Part shown: one piece after another, positions 51,178-63,040 of the stretch
Numbering within the stretch: the stretch's first letter is position 1
How the letters are laid out: every line of letters begins with the position of its first letter
Assembly: GCA_964016885.1 (NCBI GenBank)
Contig: OZ024743.1
Span: 251,472,001-251,536,000, forward strand
Direction: 5' to 3'
From: Eledone cirrhosa
Lineage: Eukaryota
Length of the DNA stretch: 64,000 nt
Notes under the pieces: generated by a model
Seen by the model: the letters and a program-made list of their open reading frames with translations, nothing else
The model's database searches: none
Told to the model about the DNA's origin: nothing
Translations under genes and position numbers: made by a program

Positions 51178-52884
51178 CATCAACAACCTTTAGATGAGTT
51201 GTCTTGTTGTGAGAAATTCTGGGTCAGGTGACCATGTTTTGCTCATACAGAACTGATTTTGGCTTGGTTTCTATAGCTGGATGCCCTTCCTAATGCCAAC
51301 TACATTTACTCTTCTTGGTGCATTTTGTCATGAAACCTACATGCCCAATATGCAGTGTGGACTGGGTGCTTTTTCTCATGACACCTATGTGGCCATATTA
51401 TTGTGTGGGTGAGATGTGTTTGTTGTATCTCCATCATGATCACTTTACTGTGTGGGCTGGGAAATTTGGTGGGATGAGGTGTGTGGTGGATTGGGAGGTG
51501 GATATTTGGGCCTGTGTGAGGCGGTGGAGTGTAATGGATGGGGTTGTGGTGGAGCACACTAGATGTATGCTTCAGTCTTTGCTCATGGGAGGTGTATGAA
51601 AGAGAGGGGTAGAAGTGAATGTGGTGTATACTATATTTATGCTTCAGCTTGTGCTGGTGGGAAGGCAGGTCTTTTCTATTATTGCATAACGTTTCATTGT
51701 CTTTGAGAGGTGCAATTGGGCAAGGTTAGCTTTTATCACTTCATACCAAGTCTTCCTGGGTTTTCCCACTCCATGGCTTACATCAACTTTCAGCGCTCTG
51801 CACCTTTTTATACAGCTGTCATACTTCATATGCATTTCATGTTCATCCCAACATAATTTGCTCTCCTGCACACTGCATCTGATTCCTCTTATGCCTAGTT
51901 TCTCTCTCAGTTCATTTATGCTATCAGAGCATGCAAACTTCATTTCTTTCCCATCTTTGCAAGTCTTCTGCACACAGAATCGCTGTTTGTATGCATGCAT
52001 CATACAATCAGCCTTTCATTTTGAAGGAAAAACCTTTTGTAGCTAACAGTGGTAGTAATTCTCTGAACTTTCTCCACCCTGGTCTCACTCTGGCTACTGT
52101 AATTTCGGAACACCCACTTCTGCTGCTAATTTGGTCACCTGGGTAGCAGAAGCTGGCTACTGTTTCTACCAAACCTTCCCAGCATTAGTTAGCACTTTCT
52201 GTGGTTGTTTGCTGCTTACTGTACTGGTGCAATGGCTACATGTAAAACCTACATTCTTAACTAGGCTACCTGAAATCCAACTACATCTCTTGTGTACCCA
52301 TTGTTTAAATTTGGGATACAGAATGGAATTTCTACTCCAATTTTGCCATAGATTCAACTATGAGTGTAAGATCATCTGCATGCAGTAGTTCCCATGGGCA
52401 GCCAGTCTTAAATGCCTCTGCTATAGCCTGCAGAATGATAATAAACAGGCGAAGGCTAAGAACAGAGCCCTAGTTGATGCCAACCTGGATGCTGTAGTCG
52501 TCATTAATCCTAACTTTGTTGATTGTTCCCCTATACATGGCTTTTATAGACTTCACAAATCACTCATCTACTCCTAAGAGCCCAACAGATTGCAGCATGG
52601 GGACTCTGTCAAAAGCCTTCTCCAAATCAACAAATGACAGGTAGCGTGGCTTACATTAGCTATGTATTTCTGTAGCTGCTTCACCAATAGGATAGTATCT
52701 GTGGTGCTTTTACCTGGCACAAATCTGCACTGCATCTCATCCAGACTAATCTGGCCCCTAATCAGCTGTACTTTGACTCTTTCTGTTAACTTCATGGCCT
52801 GGTCTATCAACTTGATGCCTCTATAGTTTCCTTTATGAAGTGCATCTCCTTTACCCATGTAGCAGTAGACAATAATGCTGCCGT
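51178..52884 (-). mobile_element. Degenerate RTE LINE (subfamily C-like)
   Basis: ORF fragments 52574-52858 (GNYRGIKLIDQ), 52166-52357 and 51644-52003; shared 3' box. Confidence 0.88.
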
Positions 52885-52907
52885 GTGTGTAATATATATC
52901 TATCTAT

Positions 52908-53322
52908 CTAGGGCGTGTAAAATTCCTGAGATTCATGGATGAGTTCTCTCCAGCGGTCTCTGTCCCTCATCGTTGCTGCCATGTCCTGCTTCTCCAAGAG
53001 ACCGATGTCTGTCCTTAGGGCATCAACATATGTCAACCTCAGTCTCCCTCTTCTAGTGTGTCCATATGGGGGCTCCCACAGGAGCACTGAGTGCAGTGTC
53101 AACTCTGAATGTCAGTGAGCATGTCAAGCTAACCTCAGTCTCCTCTGTGTTACTTTCAAGCTGACTTTTGGGAGGCTCCCGTACAGCTGTGAGTTCTTCA
53201 TCCACAGTGTATACTGATTAAGTGAATTTCTTGGCCAGTGTCCAAGTCTCAGACCTGTACAGAGGTACAAACTCCACTGTAACAACGAAGAGACGGATCT
53301 TCATGTCTTTCCGAAATAATCG
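52908..53322 (-). mobile_element. 3' fragment of a different RTE-like LINE family
   Basis: KIRLFVVTVEFVPLYRSETWTL..LLWEPPYGHTRRGRLRLTYVDAL..MRDRDRWR; (TAGA)n-like tail. Confidence 0.8.
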
Positions 53323-53773
<451 letters not shown>

Positions 53774-54775
53774 ACTTGCATTTCCACCCCCCACCATAAT
53801 TCTATCAACCTGATCTTTAGCATCACTGCTATTAACTATTAATAATTATCTGGTATGTGTAACATCACTGACTCACTGTCTGATGACTTTCCGAGTTACA
53901 CACAAGACACCAGAATTTTCTTCCATTCTTTCAATGCTTGGAATTAACTAATTAATTAATTAATTTTCCCATCTTCAATATATGAATTTACTGAGTACTG
54001 GTATATCATATTTTGGACCTTGCAGGGACGAGGAGAGTCATTAAATCAGTTGCTAGAGAATGCCAAACCACACACCTTGTCTTTTCTTTCACAAAACCAA
54101 CACACACATATAAGTGTGAACTAGATTACTTACCTATTATCAATTTTTTTAGTGAAACACAGACAAAAATTTATTTTTTCTTAATATATTTTTTCCTTAA
54201 TGTAATTTTTGTAATTCATTTTTCTTCAAGACACTCAACCCAACTTTCATTACTTTTTATAAATTTTTATAACCTTCTTGACCTCTATAGAACATATTAC
54301 CTTTTAATCTGATCTTCTCCACTGTCACACTTCGCTGGTATTGGCCAGGATATATTCACGCAGAATTTATTACCACTAATCTCTGTGGCAGCAGACAAGT
54401 TGGCTCTTGTTTATGACATAGCAGTATCTCTAACAGCAGAATTTCTATTGCCACCACACAACCCCCACTACCCACCTTCATCATGCCTACCAAACCCACA
54501 ATGCTTTGCATTGGCAAGTTTGTTATTCAGAAATATTCTGCAGCAACAATAACATCTATTTCACGGGCCATCGCTGAATCAAATATTTTCTCTATTCTAT
54601 GTTTGCGTTTGCCTTAATTCCTTTTATTGATTAACTAATTATATAGTTTACACTTGATAATGTCACCAGGATGTTATATTATATAACCAGGCCATTGAAA
54701 TATATATAGTGTTTTTTGCAACAATAGAACTTTAAAGGGATATTACCAGTCAAGCCTCCTGTTATTTTAATCAAA

Positions 54776-54837
<62 letters not shown>

Positions 54838-54843
<6 letters not shown>

Positions 54844-55643
54844 TAACAGATTAAAGTTTAAGCAAAGAATCGCTGCTTTCACCCTTAACGGGATCTTCTG
54901 AAACTAAAAAAGTCAATCTGTGAAAGCAGAAGTAAATATTTCAAAAAAGGTTGCAACCGGAGGAAGACAGAAAGACAATATTTTGGTTCGTGGAAACGTT
55001 CCCTGGCAAAGAACGGGAAAAAATGAAGATAATACGTCATTATTTGGAGCACGGTGGATTGGCAGTATCGGTAGAGGGTCAGACGCCATGCTTTCCAGCA
55101 TAGTTACGTCCCTTTACGATCTGAATTCAAATCCCGCCGAGGTTGACTTTGCCTTTCATCCTTACGGGGTCGATAAAATAAAGTACCAGTAATGCACTGG
55201 GTAATTGCTGGCCTTGTGCCTAACGTAGAAACAATTATTTGGAGCACGGAGAACAATTGCACGCAAAGACAAAACCACGTAAATGGTATAACTGGAGTCG
55301 CAGACTAAAATTCTGACTAAATTCTGAAGCAATTTCGGCTTGTAAACATAAATTGCACAAAACTTTCCTGTATTACAGCCCCACATTATACCCTAACGAA
55401 TAGTACGAACTATACGCGGATATTTTACGTCTTGATGTGGTAGCTAAGTATATGTTATGTTTATAACATTATTTATTTGTATAGGTAGATATATATTACC
55501 TGTATATTTTGCGAAAGTACGTATACTTTCTCGTACGTATATTTGATTGTATATGTAGGTATGTGTGTGCACGCGTTATATACGTACTTATTTATTTATA
55601 TGCGTTTATTTATATGTATACATGCACATACACATACACACAC

Positions 55644-55717
<74 letters not shown>

Positions 55718-56400
55718 TATGTATATTTTATGTGTATTTGTATATACATTCGTATGTGTGCGTGTACAGGCGTTGCGTGCGTTCTGTATGTGCGTGCGCC
55801 TTTTTTTTTTTTTTTAGTACGTGCTTGTATTTGTATACCTATGGTGAATGTTTTCGCATATGCTTGTGTATGTACGTATATGGGTGCGTGTATGTATTTA
55901 TTTAATTTCAATTACCTCTGTATTTTATTTACTTTATTGTTAACTCTGAAGCCGTGAATCATTCAGTTTCCTAGTTAGAATTTTAGTCTACGACTTCAGT
56001 TATACCATTTACGTGGTTTTGTCTTTGCGTGTAATTGTTTTCATTGATCCACATATGACGTATTATCTTCGTTTTTTTCCTTTCATTGCCAGAGAACGTC
56101 TCCATGAACCACCTAATAGAATATTAGTCTACGACTTCTTTTATACCATAAACGTGGTTTTTTCTTTGCGTGTAATTGTTTTTCACCGCTCCAAATAATG
56201 ACGTATTATCTTCGTTTTTTCGCGTTCTTTGCCAGGTAACGTTTCCACGAACCAAAGTATCGTCTTCCTGTCTTCCTCCGATTGCAACGTCTTTTGAATT
56301 ATTTACTTCTGCGTTCACAGATTGACATTTTTAGAATCACAAGATCCCGTTAAGGGTGAAAGCAGCGATTCTTTGCTTAAACTTTAATCTGTTATTTTAA
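54838..56400. mobile_element. Non-autonomous foldback/TIR element with inverted arms of about 300 bp
   Basis: 54838-55050 plus 55250-55320 is the reverse complement of about 56120-56400 (the right arm has an internal duplication at 55975-56120). Both ends read TTAA|AATAACAG. Confidence 0.8.
55053..55238 (+). mobile_element. tRNA-derived SINE inserted in the left TIR arm
   Basis: Consensus match; TSD ATTATTTGGAGCACGG at 55039-55054 and 55234-55249. Confidence 0.92.
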
Positions 56401-56499
56401 TAAATATTTGCTCTACGGTTCTTATATATTTGATATATATTTATCATTATCGAGCTCTCTTTGGATTTTAGTCTTCAAATTTATTATAATTACTATATA

Positions 56500-56831
56500 T
56501 TTCATTTTCATTTCATTTCATTTTACGTCCACTTTTCCCTGCTTGCAAGGGTGGGACGGGAACTGATTCTGGCTTGATTTCTACAGCTGGATGCCCTTCC
56601 TAACACCAACCTCATTTACAGTGAGTGCTGGGTGCTTTTTTGCGTGGCACCTCCACGACCACTTTGCAGTGGAATGATAGGGACCCCAGTCCCTATCATC
56701 TCATTTCTACAGCTGAGTAAACTGGAGCAATGTGAAATAAAGTGTCTTGCTCAAGGAAACAACACATCACCCGGTCTCACAACCTTTCGATTGCAAGGCC
56801 AATGCTTTAACCACTAAGCCATGTGCCTCCA
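56500..56831 (-). mobile_element. Second tRNA-derived SINE family with RTE-like 3' box and (TGAAA)n tail
   Basis: A box TGGCTTAGTGG; central CCTTGAGCAAGACACTTTATTTCACATTGCTCCAG; 3' GTTGGTGTTAGGAAGGGCATCCAGCTGTAG shared with RTE 3' UTRs. Confidence 0.75.
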
Positions 56832-57129
56832 CTATATATATATATGTATATATATATGTATATGCAAAAGGCAAACAGAAATAACAAAGCAAATGACACA
56901 GTACAATTAAGAAATATATTATTAATTTTTACGCTTAATATAGTAGGAAATATGTCTTAATGTTTTAGTCAATATTCCTTCATGAGAAAATAGAGAAGAA
57001 TAGAAAGATTGAGGAGACAAGTAGTGCCAGAAACGAAAAAAATTTTTTAGAGAAAAGTACCAGCTTCATTCATGTCGTCATCTCTAGGAAAACTGTTGGG
57101 GTAATGGGGATCAGAGAAAAATTGAACGG

Positions 57130-57746
57130 TAAAGCTGTATATAGCTATGATGGGCCAGACTTAGAATTTGCATCATCAGTCTGGAACCCCTATCTTGCTC
57201 AGAATATTGACCTCCTGGAAACTGTTCAGGGACGTGGAACCAAGTGAATATCCTCCATAAGGCATCTACCGTACTCTGAATGCTTTGCTTCCCTGATCAT
57301 GGATACATTGAAGCTCTGACGTCTGGCAACTGACTTGATAAACACCAACAAAATTATCAATCATCTTGCCAACAACAAATCTGAGCACCTTTTTGAATTC
57401 CCTGTGTCTAACACACGTGGGCATGCCTACAAAGTCAGAAAACAGCACTGCTCCCATGACTTTCGCAAGAAATTTTTCATGCTCAGAGTTGCTGAAGCAT
57501 AGAACAAACTACCTGCATCAGTTGTTAGCTGCTGGGACACTGCATCCTTCAAAACTTACATGCTTCCCGAAATTCGCCAATGTTACACCTGATATTCCCC
57601 CTCCATACACACATGTATTTGTGTCTATATCATGACTCATACACTGTTCACTTCCCTGACATTTGTACATTATTCTATGTACTACACATGCACCTTTGCT
57701 GAGTTGTAATTCACCTGAGCACTGTACACAATAATTTTCATTATTA
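57130..57746 (+). mobile_element. CR1-clade LINE 3' fragment
   Basis: PDLEFASSVWNPYLAQNIDLLETVQ..TRGHAYKVRKQH..FFMLRVAEA. Confidence 0.88.
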
Positions 57747-58040
57747 CCCGCTGATGTTAACTTTGCCTTTCATACTTACGGGGCGGTCGATAAAATAAGG
57801 TACCAGTAATGCACTGGGCTAATTTTTGGCCTTGTGCCAAAAGTAGAAACAATTATTATTGGGGCAGTGGATTGGCAGTATCGCTAGAGGATCGGACGTC
57901 ATGCTTTGATGCATAGAGTGACGGCCCTTTCCATTCTAACTTTGCCTTTCATCCTTACGGGGTTGATAAAATAAAGTACCAGTAATGTACTGGGTAATTT
58001 CTGGCCTTGTGCCAAAAGTAGAAACAATTATTATTATTAT
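57747..58040 (+). mobile_element. Two tandem SINE copies (one 5'-truncated, one internally deleted)
   Basis: Two GCCTTTCAT..GTACCAG..GGCCTTGTGCCAAAAGTAGAAAC units. Confidence 0.85.
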
Positions 58041-58339
58041 ATATGCGGTAATGCTGATGCCACAATGAAAATTCCCCATTCAATCCTGTAATGTAGTGCT
58101 GCCAGATTCATGATAAAATGCTTTTAGTACCCAGTGTAAAGTGGTTAGTTTTGGGAAGGACATCCAGCCATAGAAACCAAGCCCCAGATTGATCACTAGC
58201 AGGACCTAGTCAACTACCGGTCTGGCCTCAGCACACAACATCATCTAGTCCATACAAGCATGGAAAGTAGACATTAAATGGATATGATGATTTTAAACGA
58301 GTGAAATATCTAGTCCTGCAGAAGTCATTTCTATATAAA

Positions 58340-58533
58340 ATAATTGTTTCTACTTTTAGCACAAGGCCAGCAATTACCCAGTGCATTACTGGTACTTTAT
58401 TTTATCGACCCTGCAAGGATGAAAGGCAAAGTAAACCTCGGCGGAATTTGAACTCAGAATGGCAAGGGCCGTAACTCTATGCATCAAAGCATGGCGTCCG
58501 ACCCTCTACCGATACTGCCAATCCACCACCGCC
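58340..58533 (-). mobile_element. tRNA-derived SINE (main family)
   Basis: Consensus match; TSD TTCTATATAAAATAAT at 58329-58344 and 58534-58549. Confidence 0.92.
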
Positions 58534-58634
58534 TTCTATATAAAATAATGATGACCATACTCTATTTACATATTGAGTACCTTTTATAACACATTATAGC
58601 ATATATATATATATATACAGTATATATATATATC

Positions 58635-58868
58635 ACCGATGCCCTTAGATCTACCTCCCCAATTCCCATGCACCTTCTCAACCCAAGTCCTCAGTCCACA
58701 CTATAAAGTAATGTATGTGTCAGGTTGAAAGGTGTCCAGCCCACACTGTAGATGTGGTTTGTGTTAGGAAGGGCACCCAGCCATAGAAGCCAAGCCAAAA
58801 TCAGTTCTATATAAACAAAACAACCATGCTGGCATAGAAAATGGATGTTAAACAGTGATGATGATGAT
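58635..58868 (+). mobile_element. Isolated RTE-type 3' UTR fragment
   Basis: GTGTTAGGAAGGGCACCCAGCCATAGAA box and (GAT)n tail between TA repeats. Confidence 0.65.
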
Positions 58869-58875
58869 ATATATA

Positions 58876-60138
58876 TTGACCTAGAGGAGGCCTTTGATAA
58901 GGTACCCTGATCTGTCATCTGGTGGTCCCTAAGGAAACTAGGTGTAGAGGAATGGCTTGTAAGGACAGTGCAAACTATGTACAGGGGTGCTGTCAGTAAA
59001 GTGAAAGTAGGAATGGAGTTTAGTGAGGAATTCCAGATACAAGTAGGTGTACAACAGGGTTCGGTCCTCAGCTCGCTCTTGTTCATTATAGTCCTCCAAG
59101 CCATAACAGAGGAGTTTAAGACTGGATGCCCATGGGAAATTCTCTATGCTGATGATGTGGTTCTTATAGCAGAATCAGTAGAGGAGCTAGAGAATAAATT
59201 CTGGCTATGGAAACAGAAGTTAGAATCAAGAGGACTGAGAGTGAACATAGCTAAGACAAAAGTGTTGATAAGTAGAAGAGAGGACAATACTCTGATTCCA
59301 TCAAGGAAATGGCCATGTTCGATATGTAGAAAAGGAACTCACATAAATTGCATAAAATGTACGCAATACAGATCTTGGGTACACAAGAGATGGAGTGGGA
59401 TAGCAGGCAAACTAACAGGTAGGGAAAACTACGTATGCAGTAGATGTACAGCGAAAGTTGGCAGTAGTAATCGCAGTGATAGACACATTTTTCCAATGCA
59501 GGTGGGTTCTATAGAAGTGGTTGATAGCTTCTGGTACCTAAGTGATAAGATTAGCATGGGATGGGGTGTTCCGAGGCCATAGTATCTAGAATAAGAATGG
59601 GTTGGAAGAAGTTTAGGGAGCTGCTTCCTCTGTTGACAAAGAAGGGTTTCTCCCTGTGCATGAAAGGACGATTATATGATGCCTGTGTGAGATGAGCGAT
59701 GCTGCATGGTAGTGAGACATGGGCAGCAACTGCAGAGAATACGCGATGGCTGGAGAGAAATGAAGGAAGTATGCTCCGTTGGATGTGCAATGTCAATGTG
59801 CGTGAACGACCAAGCAGAGGTGAGTTGAGAAAGAAACTGGGTATAAGAGGGATAAGTTGTGGTGTGCAAGAGAGAAGACTGAGATGGTACGGATATGTGA
59901 TGCGCATGGAGGATGACCGCTGGGCAAAGAAGTGCCAAGAAATCCCAGTAGAAGGAAGATGCAGTAGAGGAAGACCACAAAAAACATGGGCAGAGGTGGT
60001 GAAAGCAGACCTCAGATCGCTGAAACTCAGGGAGGAGATGATGAAGGACCGTGACAAGTGGAGAGATGCTGTGCTGATTAGGACTCGTCCCACCCTTGCA
60101 ACCAAGGAAAAGCAGACATAAAATAATGATGATGATGA
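58876..60138 (+). mobile_element. 5'-truncated RTE LINE, subfamily D (very short 3' UTR)
   Basis: ORFs 58968-59582 (QGSVLS, YADD, decayed PHD-like finger) and 59699-60121; (GAT)n tail right after the ORF. Confidence 0.92.
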
Positions 60139-60611
60139 TATATATATATATAAATGCATATACGTGTGTGGATGGATATATATGTGCCTATTATATTCAT
60201 AAATAAATATTCTTATGCTGCCTTCCACACAAATGTATACATATACATGGAAATAATTATATCAATATATACATACATACCTACACACATACATACATGC
60301 TAACACTATCATTTTGTTTTAAAGGTAGCATTTAACAGCAATAAAGGCTTTGATATATAGACATTATTAGTAGTGAAATTTTATATGGGTGTAAATTGTG
60401 AAATCCATGAAGCTCTAGGTATGAATGATGTAGAATGTGGTAATAATTAAAAACATAGAGGATTCCCATGGAATTGTTGCATGTAAATATGGTGTATAAA
60501 CCTAAGTTAGCTGTGATCTATAATGAAAGCTTTCCAACCATTATTATCTGTTTGTATACAAGGGTCTATATTTAATGTTCCCTTCTTTTTCAAGTAATAG
60601 GTATGTATTTA

Positions 60612-60691
<80 letters not shown>

Positions 60692-60885
60692 GATAAATCT
60701 ACCAAAAGTTTACGGTAGTGTCCAATCCGTATGAAGAACTCAATGTAATCCGGATATCATGAAAAGAAGAGATGCATTCAAAAACTACTTTCGGTGAAAA
60801 ATAAACGGAAAACAGAGTCAAGATAAATTATTAAAAAAATAATGAATAAACAAAGAAACAGTTCCTTATATTAAACAAAAAAAGT

Positions 60886-61026
60886 TCATTATTTTACGAT
60901 CGTTTCTAGGACATATATGTGTTAGAATAAGTATGCATATTCTATAGATCTATGTACAATATTATACAAACTATCAGAGTGAATATACATACCTTCACAT
61001 ATATATGCTGTCTTCAGAAATAATGA
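60886..61026 (-). ncRNA. Type I hammerhead ribozyme with a 104-nt rod-like stem II
   Basis: UCAUUAUUU-CUGAAGA-[104 nt]-GAAA-CGAUCG-UA-AAAUAAUGA: perfect 9-bp stem I, palindromic stem III, GUA triplet. Confidence 0.8.
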
Positions 61027-62039
61027 TGCTCGTTTATTTATAAGAACAAAGATTCAATACAATAGGTCTGTTAGGGAACAGGTTTTGAATAGACAAATGA
61101 AATAGAGATTGAAACATATAAAAATCTATCAAGAAATATAGTTAGGTGTGTGTATATGTATGTAAATACGCTCACAGATGTGCATATATGTGTATGCTCA
61201 TATGTATACGTATAGTGAAAAAGTGTGTGTAAATCTAAAATTTAGGGCAAATGTATCTGTATGTCTGTAATCTACAGACAGAATAGATACATCATAAGTA
61301 TATGAATGTGAAGGCGCGCGCATAAACACGCCTACACACACGTACACCTAGATGCGGAAGTAAAAGAGGTAAGGGAGTGTAATAATTAAAGGAAAGTATC
61401 AATCTCGATATATTTATAAAAATATAACAATATAATTAGAAAGAAAAAAATTTTAGAAAGAAAAAACTAAAGAAAAGAAGACAAAAAAGGGGGGTACATA
61501 CATACACAGACACGCATGTCTCACAAAAGAAACGCAAAAATATACATGCTTATATACACACGCACACTTACACATCCATACGTTCGATACGTACATACAC
61601 ATACACACACACACATACTTACACTCACGCATATTGACCTGTTTGCATGCACACGCATAAAAATAAGTAAAACATATACCCATACATATATATATATACC
61701 TATATATATATACACACATACACATATATATACACAACCACACACACACACAGACATACATATATATAGAGACATACACACACATATACACAGTCACACA
61801 CATATACACATATATACACATACACACATATATCTACACATACATATATATATATATAAACATATGTATTTTTACACTCTCATACATACAACCATACATA
61901 CATAGACACTTATATATATATACACACATCCACGCTTACATATACATATAATTATTGGGGGGGGGGGGGATTAAATTTATTAGTGAGAAATAGTAAATAT
62001 AAAGGTTTCAAGGAACATAGAGTCATAACCTGAAGTTAA

Positions 62040-63040
62040 AGCTTAATATGTGTTTACTTAGTGGTATCAGTTTTAGGAAATGGTATTTGTAAGAAGGAAA
62101 GCCAAATTATGTAGTTCAACATAAGTAGAATATTAATTATAGGTTAACTAAAATAAAAATAGTTTATATATTAATTTCTAAGGTGTATACTAATTAGGTT
62201 TATAATATTTAAAGCGGAATTATGCAGTTCAACAGTAGTAGAATATTAATTATAGTTTAACTAAATTAAAAATAATTACATATGTTTACTTGATGGTATC
62301 AGTTTTAGGAAATGATATTTGTAAGAGGGAAAGCCAAATTATGTAGTTCATCGGTAGTAGAATATTAATTATAGGTTAACTAAATTAAAAATAGTTTATA
62401 TATTAATTTCTATAGTGTATGTTAATTAGGTTTATAATATTTAAAGCAGAATTTTGTATTTTATCTGTAGTAGAATTTTAATTATAGGTTAACTAAATTA
62501 AAATTAATCTATATATTAATTTCTAAAGTGTATATTAATTAGGTTTATATTTAAATGTTTTTCTCAGTTTATGATTACACGATATTTTGTATTTCATCTG
62601 TAGTAGAATTTTAATTATAAGTTAACTAAATTAAAAATATAGGTTAACTAAATTAAAATTAATCTATATATTAATTTCTAAATTGTATATTAATTAGGTT
62701 TATAATATTTAAAATTTTTCTCCGTTTATGATTACACGATATTTTGTTGTATTTCATCTGTAGTAGAATTTTAATAATAGGTTAACTAAATTAAAATTAA
62801 TCTATATATTAATTTCTAAAGTGTATATTAATTAGGTTTATTATATTTAAATGTTTTTCTCAGTTTATGATTACACGATATTTTGTATTTCATCTGTAGT
62901 AGAATTTTAATTATGGGTTAACTAAATTAAAATTATAGGTTAACTACATTAAAATTAATTTATATATTAATTTCTAAAATGTATATTAATTAGGTTTATA
63001 ATATTTAAATGTTTTTCTCAGTTTATGATTACACGATATT
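62040..63040. repeat. Tandem array of 110-160 bp AT-rich units overlapping the end of the GIY-YIG ORF
   Basis: TAATTAGGTTTAT recurs at about 62191, 62423, 62536, 62691, 62829 and 62987; CAGTTTATGATTACACGATAT recurs four times. Confidence 0.9.

Noticed and set aside
56740-56831. Possible tRNA gene (and A/B boxes in the main SINE family)
   Set aside because: No full cloverleaf; these are SINE heads followed by a core and tail.
60907-61010. SECIS element within the long stem II
   Set aside because: No clear RUGA/GA quartet with an apical AA at the right spacing, and no in-frame TGA in the visible ORF.
62040-63040. CRISPR-like appearance of the repeat array
   Set aside because: No unique spacers, long AT-rich units, no cas genes, eukaryotic context.
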